Positions 48,167 through 57,079 of a DNA stretch of 64,000 nucleotides are shown piece by piece. Each line of letters starts with the position of its first letter. The first letter of the stretch is position 1. The notes under the pieces are model-generated. The model was given only the letters and a program-made list of their open reading frames with translations, had not been told where the DNA came from and made no database searches. Both the position numbers and the translations under genes were made by a program. The stretch is from a virus (taxonomy: Duplodnaviria > Caudoviricetes), in IMG/VR virus record IMGVR_UViG_3300041986_000079, positions 22,938 to 86,937 of that record. One strand, 5' to 3'.

Positions 48167-49488
48167 TGAAATGGTTAGGGATTATCATGTTGTTATTATT
48201 GTGGAACACGAGCAATGCTCAAGTGTTGTCACAAACATATGTTGATCCTTGTTCAGGAAAAGTATTAACGGTAACTGTACCTATCGCAAGTGGGTCAGTT
48301 ACTGTTGTTTACAGAGGTCAATACAAAGTAGTTACAGCAAACGATATAACTACAGGTGCTTTAACAGCATGGTTAAATATGTTGACAACAGCATATCCAT
48401 GTCCTGAAACACAACAAGTAGTTAATCAAGTAGTTACACAGACAGTTAATACTGCGGTTAGTGCAGCTGTTAATCAAGCGACTGCAAGTGCAACCGCTGC
48501 TGCTACTGCCGCTGCAACATCTGCGGCGACAAGTGCTGCTACTAGTGCAGCAACAAGTTCTGCAACGTCAGCTGCTACATCAACAGCTAGTTCTGCTGCA
48601 TCCGCAGCTGCATCTTCTGCAGCAAGTAGTACTCCAGCACCAAGTGCAACAAGTACTAGCAGTTCATCATCATCTAGTTCATCGTCTAGTTCTTCAGAAA
48701 GTAGTAGTTCAAGTTCTTCTTCTGAAACAAAGAGTGAAACCAAAAGCGAATCAAGTAATGAGTCAAAGTCAGAAAGCAAAGAAGAAAGCAAGAGTGAGTC
48801 CAAGTCTGAGAAAAAAAGTGAAGATAAGAAAAGCAGTAAGAGCTCTGCCAAATCCAGTGCCCGTATTAATCCTATCTTATATAACTCTGATCTTACTTCT
48901 CTATTATCTGATGATAATAGTTTTTCTCAGATAATATCTGTTGGTATGTCTCAGTCTTCAATGACTGGAGCAGACTCATGGGGTGTTACCAGTATGATCT
49001 GGTCTACTTTTAATCAGTTTGCTTTATCTGGTAGATATACAAAGATGAACTTTGCAAAAGGTCAGTTATCTCATATAACAAATTATGGTATTACAGGAGT
49101 TTACTTATCAGGAAACTACGTAGCATTTGCTACTGGTGCTTATATCAAGCCTTTAAAAAATAATAAAGGTATCTTTGGTATAAACGAGACTATTAGTTAT
49201 GCAATGAACACAGTAAGTAGTAGTTTGCTTATGTTCTACAGTAAGCCTATTGTACTTAGTAAAAGAGTATCGATAGCACCAACAATCACAGCATCAGCTT
49301 TTCCAGTTGTTGCATCAGAAACAGGCGTTGATATAACTCCAACATTTAATGCCATGACAGGATCAAGTTTTGATCTTAATCTAACTAAACGTTTTAAACT
49401 TAACTGCGGTCTAACACTTGCTTTTAGTGAGCAGAGCATTAGACCTAACAGTTATATGTTTATGATTGGAACAAAGCTTAATCTTTAA
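48166..49488 (+). CDS. secreted protein with Ala/Thr/Ser stalk and C-terminal outer-membrane beta-barrel-like domain (440 aa)
   Basis: GTG start in a TAGTG overlap, signal peptide, Cys pair (DPC...PCP), low-complexity stalk. C-terminal ~210 aa of alternating-hydrophobicity strands ending MFMIGTKLNL. Confidence 0.55.
   Translation: MKWLGIIMLLLLWNTSNAQVLSQTYVDPCSGKVLTVTVPIASGSVTVVYRGQYKVVTANDITTGALTAWLNMLTTAYPCPETQQVVNQVVTQTVNTAVSAAVNQATASATAAATAAATSAATSAATSAATSSATSAATSTASSAASAAASSAASSTPAPSATSTSSSSSSSSSSSSSESSSSSSSSETKSETKSESSNESKSESKEESKSESKSEKKSEDKKSSKSSAKSSARINPILYNSDLTSLLSDDNSFSQIISVGMSQSSMTGADSWGVTSMIWSTFNQFALSGRYTKMNFAKGQLSHITNYGITGVYLSGNYVAFATGAYIKPLKNNKGIFGINETISYAMNTVSSSLLMFYSKPIVLSKRVSIAPTITASAFPVVASETGVDITPTFNAMTGSSFDLNLTKRFKLNCGLTLAFSEQSIRPNSYMFMIGTKLNL
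48451..48860 (+). repeat. degenerate coding repeats (Ala/Thr/Ser, then Ser-Glu-Ser-Lys) forming a low-complexity stalk
   Basis: Imperfect GCAACAAGT/GCTGCTACT and AAGAGTGAA-type units encoding (ATSA)n, (S)n and (KSES)n. Confidence 0.8.
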
Positions 49489-51031
49489 TCACGTAACCTC
49501 TTTTATCTACTGATAAGATTCTGTTACCATCAAAGACAGACATTTGTTTAGCATGATACTGCTCTAGTACTTGATCATTAAAGTAGTTAAACATACTACC
49601 TTTAACACCCAAGAAGAAAGCTTTATCTGTATAGACACTGCAGCGATCTTCTGCGTCAGTAAGTACTAAGCTGTTCTCTTGTGATTTAATAATATGGTTT
49701 ACTACTTTTGTAATACTTGTACCACCCATATCATCTAAAGAAGCAATAGCAAAGTCTGTTGTTTTTAGAGCATGAACATCTTGGTTAAAAGAATAAAGCT
49801 TGTTAAGCATGTTGTTCTTTTTCATTACAAGAGCAATGGCTTTTGCAAACTCAAGCTTAGTCAAGCCTCTTCCATCAACGTCTTTAACACCACATCCTTC
49901 GGACATCGAACCAGATATATCGATATAAAGATTAATCTTACCTTTACGCTCAACGTTTCTTGTTGTAATATCCTCTGGGAATATGTTTCTAAGCTTTGGA
50001 TGAAGCATTGCGTACTCTTCTAAGCCATCAAAGTTGCCTGACTCGAACAAAGACTCATGTGTAATGCGTTCTTGCCCTGAGAAGTAATTCTTTGACTTAT
50101 CTAAGATCATCTTGATGTTGTTCTTTAGTACAGAATCATTCATCTTGATTTTCTTTAGAGACTCGATTGCTCTTTCTATCTCATGCTTAGTCATACTACC
50201 AATACCGGTACTTTTATTCCAAGCTTCTTCAAGCTCTTCGTCACCAATATTTTCAGTTAGTTCATTGATGTTTTGAGCTGCATCATGCATTTCTTCCTCT
50301 AACTTATCTCTAGTTTGCTTTAAAGCTTTATCAATAGCTTTCTCCATCTTCTTCTGATCCTTTCCAGAACCTTTACCAGAACCACTTTGACCTTGAGCTT
50401 GATCATCTTGATCTCCGTCTTGGTTATCATCACTATCACCATCTGATTGATTCATCTGGTTCTTCATCTCTTCATGAGCATCAGGATCTTGTTTCTTTAG
50501 TCTTAACATAAAGTAAGTAAGATATGTCATCATACTTTGAGTAAACATACCAGACTTAACATTAGAACCTTCAGTTAAGATCTTTAAGCTTGGATCATTT
50601 GCTAACTCAAGAAGTTTGTAACGCATCTGATTTTTTTCATTGCGAGCTTTGAAGTCAATCTTATCAATAGGTTTATTAAACATATTAAAGATATCGTTCT
50701 TTAGTGATGAAGGTATTGATTGATACGCTTCAGTCATTTCTTCAACTGAAAAGTGCCAGTTCTCACGCCCTTTCATCTTGACAATCTTTTCTGCTGTCTG
50801 TGTAAGAGCACCATGATTACTTCCACTACTTGTATAACCAGGGATAAAACCTTTCTTTACAAACTCATTTAATCGATGAGCATCTATATAGTGAATATAT
50901 GGCTCTACTAACTCAGGTTTTTTATACGAACCAATGATACTTGTAAATCGGGAAGAGCCAGAAAAATCTAGCTCCCCCTTCTTTACTTTCTCCATGATTG
51001 TAAACACATTTTTATACTGTTTCTTAGCCAT
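49478..51031 (-). CDS. vWA (MIDAS) domain protein, partner of the MoxR ATPase (517 aa)
   Basis: YIDISGSM (DxSxS), GGTSI, LVLTDAED; acidic/Gln linker; directly downstream of the AAA+ gene. Confidence 0.85.
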   Translation of the reverse strand: MAKKQYKNVFTIMEKVKKGELDFSGSSRFTSIIGSYKKPELVEPYIHYIDAHRLNEFVKKGFIPGYTSSGSNHGALTQTAEKIVKMKGRENWHFSVEEMTEAYQSIPSSLKNDIFNMFNKPIDKIDFKARNEKNQMRYKLLELANDPSLKILTEGSNVKSGMFTQSMMTYLTYFMLRLKKQDPDAHEEMKNQMNQSDGDSDDNQDGDQDDQAQGQSGSGKGSGKDQKKMEKAIDKALKQTRDKLEEEMHDAAQNINELTENIGDEELEEAWNKSTGIGSMTKHEIERAIESLKKIKMNDSVLKNNIKMILDKSKNYFSGQERITHESLFESGNFDGLEEYAMLHPKLRNIFPEDITTRNVERKGKINLYIDISGSMSEGCGVKDVDGRGLTKLEFAKAIALVMKKNNMLNKLYSFNQDVHALKTTDFAIASLDDMGGTSITKVVNHIIKSQENSLVLTDAEDRCSVYTDKAFFLGVKGSMFNYFNDQVLEQYHAKQMSVFDGNRILSVDKRGYVIKD

Positions 51032-51044
51032 GGCTTTCTCTTAT

Positions 51045-52262
51045 TTAGAATGGATCTACATTAGCATCTGCAGGTGATGTAGAGGTTGTGTAAGTACTGT
51101 GTTGAATAGTACCAGATAAAGGCATGCTTGACTCACTCATATCTCCTTCAATCTCATTTAATAACTCTACTGCTAAATATTCTTCTGCTTCATCTTGATT
51201 AGCAAGAACGTGGTTCTCAAGTACAATAGTCATTGTAGCATCGATAGTTTGAGCATCATCATCTGCAAGTTTACCATTTGAGATATAAGTTGCTGTTAGA
51301 TCTTCGATCTCTTTTACAGCAAGAGATAAACTAGTTTGATCATGATAAGACTTAAGCATATCAATCTTAGACATGATGATCTTCATCTCCATTGATGTAA
51401 GCATGTCATTAAGACGAGTACTAGCTGCTTTATCAACCATCATCTCAGCTAACTTAACTAAAGCTTTGTCAACACTAACATCCCAGATATAGTGAATACC
51501 TGCTGCAAGACGAGGAACAAAGGTTAAAGTACGGTCAGTTGTCTTGTCATAAGATACCTCGATAAACTTCTCGATACGGCTTGGTGATAACACTACATCC
51601 TTTAACTCTTGTGAGTTAGGGATATTAAGACTGATGTTTTGTACATAGTCTTTACCACCTTTGCTATGATATTTAACCATATCACCCGCAGAGATACGAG
51701 ATACTTGCATCTTGATCATGAAACGATCCCAGAAAGGTGAGTTAATCTCGTCTTTTGGAATCTCATTACAAGTTGCAACAAACAACTTCCACTTGCATGG
51801 TACTTTGTTCTTACCGTTAAATAAGAATCGCTCGTTCATAATACCCAACAAAGAGTTACGGATACCAGAACTAGCTTTATCTACCTCATTAATGATGATG
51901 ATCTCAGCCTCAGTGATAGGAGCGTTAAGCTCATACTTATTGTTTGTAAACAACGCTTCTAAGTCTGGCATACCCTTCACCTCTGATTGCTTAGTACCCT
52001 CGTCAGTCTCTAAGATATAGATCTTTGACATGAAGTTTTCAGCAGTTGCTAACTTATTCTCAATCAACCATGCTTTTGCATACTCTACTACAGTCTTGGT
52101 CTTACCAACACCAGGACGACCCTCTAATAATACTGGTAACTGAGCTGACTCTGCTAATGCTAGAGTCTTGAACACTTCTTCTTTGTTCATTAAAGAAGTA
52201 GTGATTTTACGTACTTCTTGAGTTTTTACTTTTGCTAGTGACTTTGCTTTTACTGTTGACAT
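51045..52262 (-). CDS. MoxR/RavA-like AAA+ ATPase (405 aa)
   Basis: LLEGRPGVGKT, IIINEVDKA, LLGIMNER, VATCNE, FWDRF. Confidence 0.88.
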   Translation of the reverse strand: MSTVKAKSLAKVKTQEVRKITTSLMNKEEVFKTLALAESAQLPVLLEGRPGVGKTKTVVEYAKAWLIENKLATAENFMSKIYILETDEGTKQSEVKGMPDLEALFTNNKYELNAPITEAEIIIINEVDKASSGIRNSLLGIMNERFLFNGKNKVPCKWKLFVATCNEIPKDEINSPFWDRFMIKMQVSRISAGDMVKYHSKGGKDYVQNISLNIPNSQELKDVVLSPSRIEKFIEVSYDKTTDRTLTFVPRLAAGIHYIWDVSVDKALVKLAEMMVDKAASTRLNDMLTSMEMKIIMSKIDMLKSYHDQTSLSLAVKEIEDLTATYISNGKLADDDAQTIDATMTIVLENHVLANQDEAEEYLAVELLNEIEGDMSESSMPLSGTIQHSTYTTSTSPADANVDPF

Positions 52263-52274
52263 TAGTTTTTATTA

Positions 52275-52622
52275 TTAGATATGAATGAATGCATTTAACT
52301 CTTCTCTAGATGTTTCTTCAACTTGAAACATATCGGATTGTGTGATGTTCTGAGCTACATCAAACTCTTTTGGTTTGCGTTGACGCTTCTCTTTTACAAG
52401 AGAGATGCTTTCTTCTTGAAGGTCATCAACTAAGATAAATCTCAAGAAGTTAGGCTCAACATCTTTAAGCTTTGGATGCTTCATGATCATTGTGATCTCA
52501 AAATCTGTTGCATCATATGTTTCTTGGATAGATCCAAAACCCTGGTCATCTGATTTAAACCATGATAAACCGTTTTCTAGTGCCTCGATTAAGGTACTGA
52601 TGTGTAATTCTACTTTTTTCAT
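52275..52622 (-). CDS. hypothetical protein (~115 aa)
   Basis: ATG 1 nt after the ung stop (MKKVELHIS); no motif recognised. Confidence 0.55.
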   Translation of the reverse strand: MKKVELHISTLIEALENGLSWFKSDDQGFGSIQETYDATDFEITMIMKHPKLKDVEPNFLRFILVDDLQEESISLVKEKRQRKPKEFDVAQNITQSDMFQVEETSREELNAFIHI

Positions 52623-52623
52623 A

Positions 52624-53346
52624 CTACCATTTAATTGTTTGATCCTTGCCATTATTGGCTGCAATAATCTCATTAACTTTATTGAACACATCTTCACAGT
52701 CCCACTCTTTTGATCCTTGATAACCAGCTGAGGCAGGGTGTGAGATTAAAAACTTATAATGATTACTACTAACAAGAGACTCTAACTCTTGTGCTTGCTT
52801 ACCCATGAATACCCAGATTAAACCAGGATTATACCATGAAAGCATATCAACTACATATACTATAAACTTTAGCCACACATTATAGTGACTACCAATCTTT
52901 CCCACTTCTGTGGTTAACGCCGTATTAAGTAACAATACGCCTTGATTTGACCAACGAGTAAGATCTGGATCTTGATACGATGGAAACTCTTGGTGTACAG
53001 TCTTTTCGATAGCATCAAAGATGTACTTAAGACTTGGTTGTAACTCTTTTGTTATTGAGCATGAGAATGCTTTACCATCTGCCACACCTAATTGTGGATA
53101 TGGATCTTGTCCTATAACGACAACCTTAAGGTCTCTATATGGACATTCTTCAAAAGCGGAGAAGACATGCTTTAAAGGAGGAGTAAAACGTTTACCTTCG
53201 TCCTTCATTGAATGAAGTGTTTTTAGTACTTCACTAAACTCACTAGACATTAAAAAGCTTTTTAGCTTATCTGCCCATCCTGAGTCTCTTAGTTTGTCTA
53301 TCAACTTCTCTTGAATCTCTTTCAGATCAACTGTTTGTGAACTCAT
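52624..53346 (-). CDS. ung: family 1 uracil-DNA glycosylase
   Basis: VVVIGQDPYP, ADGKAFS, QPSLKYI, QGVLLLNTALT, SHPAS. Start moved to MSSQTVDL. Confidence 0.93.
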   Translation of the reverse strand: MSSQTVDLKEIQEKLIDKLRDSGWADKLKSFLMSSEFSEVLKTLHSMKDEGKRFTPPLKHVFSAFEECPYRDLKVVVIGQDPYPQLGVADGKAFSCSITKELQPSLKYIFDAIEKTVHQEFPSYQDPDLTRWSNQGVLLLNTALTTEVGKIGSHYNVWLKFIVYVVDMLSWYNPGLIWVFMGKQAQELESLVSSNHYKFLISHPASAGYQGSKEWDCEDVFNKVNEIIAANNGKDQTIKW

Positions 53347-53363
53347 AAATCTTGTTATCTTTG
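53334..53363 (+). promoter_or_regulatory. Bacteroidota-type promoter TTTG-N18-TATCTTTG for the isolated + strand gene
   Basis: TTTG at 53334-37 and TATCTTTG at 53356-63, 17 nt upstream of the ATG at 53381. Confidence 0.65.
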
Positions 53364-53380
53364 TAAAAAAATATAATACT

Positions 53381-53683
53381 ATGTCAAAAGGTATCCCTGT
53401 TCTTCCTCCAAACACTGAAGTTCCTATTAGTATAGGCACAGGTTTTGTTCAACAGCTATTCACTACTATGGGCTTTATGCTTAGTGATAAGAGTCCAGAG
53501 CAAATAGCTGCTTTAAACAAAGCAATAGAAGAGAATACATACAATGATGAGCCTTGGATGGCTGCTTATGTAAGTATTGCTGTTCTAGTTAAACATATTG
53601 AGGAAGTTGCTGTCGAGAAAAATCTAGTAACATACTCTGATCTTAGTGAACAGGACAGCCCATCTGCTCCCCAAGTGCAATAG
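53381..53683 (+). CDS. hypothetical protein (100 aa), counter-oriented within the - block
   Basis: Has its own consensus promoter and A-rich start context; occupies the gap between ung and the NinB-like gene. Confidence 0.65.
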   Translation: MSKGIPVLPPNTEVPISIGTGFVQQLFTTMGFMLSDKSPEQIAALNKAIEENTYNDEPWMAAYVSIAVLVKHIEEVAVEKNLVTYSDLSEQDSPSAPQVQ

Positions 53684-54023
53684 CTGCTTGGATAACATCA
53701 CTAAGTTCAACTCTACTACAATCACCAAAGCTTTTGACAATGTGTTGTCCATCAGTCTTTATAATTAGACCAGCTCTGTCTTTAACGTAGTATTTCATCT
53801 CATCAATAGTATGACCGCCATGATTGGCAAGCTCTCTTAACATTGCATGGATCTTACTGATCTGTGCTAAGGTAGCATTAGGGTCATACACTTGCATGGT
53901 GATCTCAATCATTGTACCATCAGGAACACTGTCTTTAAACTGTCCGTATAAAGCTTTGTCTTTGTTGGTCAATGGTTGAAAGCTATCACCTTTCTTAATC
54001 ATTTTACCTATATATAGTCTCAT
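53643..54023 (-). CDS. NinB/Orf-like recombination accessory protein
   Basis: TLAQISKIHAMLRELA...GHTIDEMK...KSFGDCSRVELSDVI pattern. Confidence 0.55.
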   Translation of the reverse strand: MRLYIGKMIKKGDSFQPLTNKDKALYGQFKDSVPDGTMIEITMQVYDPNATLAQISKIHAMLRELANHGGHTIDEMKYYVKDRAGLIIKTDGQHIVKSFGDCSRVELSDVIQAAIALGEQMGCPVH

Positions 54024-55126
54024 TAGGATACTCCGATTGTGTGATACGTGATTTTAGTTGGATCTAAATCCATTAGTGCTTCTTCTACCCAGTCTTCATC
54101 TTTTGTATTTGCATAGCATAAGATGTGAACGATAGCTGTTTCATCAGGATTAAGTCGTAACATACGACCTATTCTTTGATTAGACTTACGCTCATTACCA
54201 AATGCATGCATGATGATACCGCATTTTAAGTCAGGTATAGTAACACCTTCAGATAACTGTGCAACACAACTAAGCTGCATGATCTTTCCCTTCTCAAAAG
54301 CAGCAAGATGTAGATCTGAATGCTCGTTATTACTGTGATAAGAATGTGGACATAGACGATCTGCTTGTTCTTGAGTGTTACAGAATATGATGCATTTATC
54401 TTTTATACCTTTAAGCAAGTATTGTGCATACCGCTCTTTAGTTTTAAAGTCCATCATTACTCGCATTCTCATTACAGCAGATATCTGTTCCATCTTCTTT
54501 GACGGCGCTGTTGCTAGTCTCTTTGTCCAGTAAGCATATGATGCATTCTCAGATGTAAAGAAGTTTTTACCCTTCATGTTTACTGATATGTCAGTAGCTG
54601 TACTTAACGGCAGCTTATGTACAAATATCCTATAATCATTAAGAATACTATCTTCAACTGCATCATCTGTCTTGTATGTATAAACTATTGGACAGTAAGA
54701 AGAGACCATTACATACTTTTCAGACTTCTTATACCTTGGAGGTGTACCAGTTAAACCTAGAATACGCCCTTTATACAATGCTAAAAACTTCTGATGTGTA
54801 TATAGTAAGCTATGACACTCATCAAGAATAACAACATCATACTTTGTTGGATCATGCTTTGGCAAAGAGATGTAAGTAGAAAATGTTGCTGATGTTAGCA
54901 TATCTTCTAACCCAAACTTTACTGCATCATCCTTCCAGCTTTTAAAGATGCTGACCTTTGGAGCAACAATAAGCACTCTATGAGGATACAATGTCTTGTT
55001 CTCAATAGCAGCAAGATAACGCAATCCAATGAGAGTCTTTCCGACCCCCATTGAAACTGCGATACCAGCATGATGCTTTGGTACTACTTGAGCTAGAGCT
55101 TCTTCTTGAATCTCATCTCTAGTCAT
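54023..55126 (-). CDS. SF2 (DEAD/DEAH, UvsW-like) helicase
   Basis: SMGVGKT, VILDECH, LGLTGTP, IIFCNT, LSEGVTIP, QRIGRMLR. Confidence 0.9.
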   Translation of the reverse strand: MTRDEIQEEALAQVVPKHHAGIAVSMGVGKTLIGLRYLAAIENKTLYPHRVLIVAPKVSIFKSWKDDAVKFGLEDMLTSATFSTYISLPKHDPTKYDVVILDECHSLLYTHQKFLALYKGRILGLTGTPPRYKKSEKYVMVSSYCPIVYTYKTDDAVEDSILNDYRIFVHKLPLSTATDISVNMKGKNFFTSENASYAYWTKRLATAPSKKMEQISAVMRMRVMMDFKTKERYAQYLLKGIKDKCIIFCNTQEQADRLCPHSYHSNNEHSDLHLAAFEKGKIMQLSCVAQLSEGVTIPDLKCGIIMHAFGNERKSNQRIGRMLRLNPDETAIVHILCYANTKDEDWVEEALMDLDPTKITYHTIGVS

Positions 55127-55370
55127 ACACCTTTGTTATTTCTCCACTAAACGGATCAAACTCTACTTGATTAAAGCTTGCATATTGCCCTGGAGGAAAT
55201 ACCATACGAGCATGCTCATCGTGAGTTAGTATACCTAGTGACTTTAATTCAAAGTCTAATGAGTTACCATTATCTAAGTACTCTATATCAGACTCAGAGG
55301 TCAAGATGTGTTTGTGTCCTACGATTTCTCCTTCGCCTAGGACTAAGCGTTTTGCTTTTTTCTTTTCCAT
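55119..55370 (-). CDS. small His-rich protein (LGEGEIVGHKH...HDEH...PGQY...Q.EFDP), typical partner of DUF6745-like proteins
   Basis: Motif pattern recalled from this conserved gene pair. Confidence 0.55.
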   Translation of the reverse strand: MEKKKAKRLVLGEGEIVGHKHILTSESDIEYLDNGNSLDFELKSLGILTHDEHARMVFPPGQYASFNQVEFDPFSGEITKVYD

Positions 55371-55388
55371 AACTGGGTTTGTTTAATA

Positions 55389-56153
55389 CTACGTTTCTGA
55401 ATACATTAATTCTAAGTACTGATCTTTTGTTAGATGTCTTGGCCATGTTCTTTTAGACTCATCTCCTACCTTTACAACGATGATATCACCTTGACGATAG
55501 ATTCGTTCAGGTTTATCAATATTGATCCGTATAGTCCAAGCAATAGCCTTTATAGCGTCTGGTATAAACAGTTTGAAGTCTTCTGCAACATTACAAGCAT
55601 CTCTTGGTACGTATATCCAATACTCACGGTTTGTTGTTGTACACCAACATCTAACTGCATAGATATCGTTATCTTGAAAGAGTCTTCTTGTTGTCCAGCT
55701 AACAGACATATCTGCTTCTATTTTATCAGGGTTTATCTTCTGAACGGGAATCTTGTAAAGTTCATACACATCTTCAAACACATACTCTTGTTGATTATTA
55801 TCATCATCCCACTTTGTACGCTTCTTTGTAATAACTTGACGATCAAGCATCTCAGGATTTAACTCACTGAATATACGACGTATACCAATACAATCAAAGA
55901 ATACACGGCGTCTTTCAAGGTTAGTTTCTTTGAAGGCTTCATCAACAGTTACAGGAGTAATAGTGTTCCATACTTCTTCTACAAAGTTACCAAAATCTTG
56001 TTGTGATTCATGCTTTATGACATCCTTTTTGAAGTCAACAAGCTCAGGATACTTACTCTTCCAAAGACGTAATGCTTCAGTTAGTGTAAAGTTACGGTAT
56101 GCTGATACCGTATACTCTAAATCTTCATACTTTATTTTACTCATCATCTTCAT
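55389..56153 (-). CDS. DUF6745-like protein (254 aa)
   Basis: NLERRRVFFDCIG, AVRCWCTTTNREYWIYVP, AIKAIAWT, C-terminal YRQGDIIVV. Family name from memory. Confidence 0.5.
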   Translation of the reverse strand: MKMMSKIKYEDLEYTVSAYRNFTLTEALRLWKSKYPELVDFKKDVIKHESQQDFGNFVEEVWNTITPVTVDEAFKETNLERRRVFFDCIGIRRIFSELNPEMLDRQVITKKRTKWDDDNNQQEYVFEDVYELYKIPVQKINPDKIEADMSVSWTTRRLFQDNDIYAVRCWCTTTNREYWIYVPRDACNVAEDFKLFIPDAIKAIAWTIRINIDKPERIYRQGDIIVVKVGDESKRTWPRHLTKDQYLELMYSET

Positions 56154-56835
56154 CTTTTAAGTTTAACACTACTTCTTTTTCTTCAGTACTCTCTACTCTC
56201 ATGTATACATCAATCTCAAGTACTAAGTAGTCACCATCAACTTGTAAACTATCATGGTTAACACTTTCTGAACTATCAATACCTAAGTATTCTCTATCAC
56301 CAAGATCTAATGATTTAACTTGATCGTCAATAAACTCTTTTAGTACATCAGCTTTTAGCTTTAGTTCATTCTCTAGTTCTGGATCAATAAAGCCTTGTGT
56401 TACATTAACCGTAAACTCAACACTGCAATCACCACCACTATCATAATCAGTAACTTGATAACTAATCTGATCAAAGTAATACTTCTTTGGTATAAGCAAT
56501 ACAGCTTTCTTATCAAGATCCAAGTACTCATCTTCAGCGTAATAATCAGTGCCAACAAGTGCTTGTTGATCTGAATCATACTCCATACGACCTGATGCAG
56601 AGTACTCTCCAGCCCATGAACCATAATCAAGTTCATCATACACGGAGTCAACTAAAAAGTCAGTAATCTCATTCTCATTTGAATCACCTCTCCAGGTAAC
56701 ACAACCTGAATCATTACCACCATCCCACTCTATTACTACATCTCTTCCTTCTGCTATCTCAGCTTCACACCATTGTCTTGCTATTGTTATCTTCTCTGCT
56801 TCTGAAAGAAGGTCAAACGCTTGTTGTTTTTTCAT
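56137..56835 (-). CDS. acidic DUF6878-like protein (~232 aa)
   Basis: VIEWDGGNDSG motif, very Asp/Glu-rich. Start moved to MKKQQAF. Family name from memory. Confidence 0.4.
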   Translation of the reverse strand: MKKQQAFDLLSEAEKITIARQWCEAEIAEGRDVVIEWDGGNDSGCVTWRGDSNENEITDFLVDSVYDELDYGSWAGEYSASGRMEYDSDQQALVGTDYYAEDEYLDLDKKAVLLIPKKYYFDQISYQVTDYDSGGDCSVEFTVNVTQGFIDPELENELKLKADVLKEFIDDQVKSLDLGDREYLGIDSSESVNHDSLQVDGDYLVLEIDVYMRVESTEEKEVVLNLKDEDDE

Positions 56836-57079
56836 CTTTTGTTTTTGTAATATGTTAAGAACTATTATTAACTTCTTGGTAAAGTGCAACAAGTATTAGG
56901 TTTATACAGTTTTATGCTGTATCTTTCTTAAGATAATACAACACTTCTATGATAAATCTAATACTTGCTTTACTTATATTATGCTCTTCTTTAGGAGCTA
57001 CTTTGTCTAAGTTTTCAAAGACTACAATCATTCGCGCAGAGCGTAAACACTCAAAGCCTTTGGTGCTTGACAAAGAAGT

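Noticed and set aside
48451-48934. Repetitive tract as a CRISPR array or as the overlapping ORFs 48461-48934(+) and 48474-48851(-)
   Set aside because: The units are degenerate codon repeats without constant repeats or unique spacers. The extra ORFs are shadows of the Ala/Ser stalk.
26388-53346. Uracil-substituted or hypermodified genome
   Set aside because: The phage encodes both dUTPase and uracil-DNA glycosylase, which exclude uracil. No base-modification cluster is visible here.
52624-53439. ORF-track long starts for ung (53439), the nuclease (31409), HAD (27307), SPL-like (62573) and the holin-like gene (40609)
   Set aside because: The extensions overlap other genes or promoters. Downstream ATGs give coupled junctions and family-typical N-termini.
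56836-57079. About 245-nt gap as an ncRNA or a 39-aa ORF (MIVVFENLDK...)
   Set aside because: I found no convincing hairpin, promoter or terminator, and the short ORF has no supporting coupling. Left unannotated.
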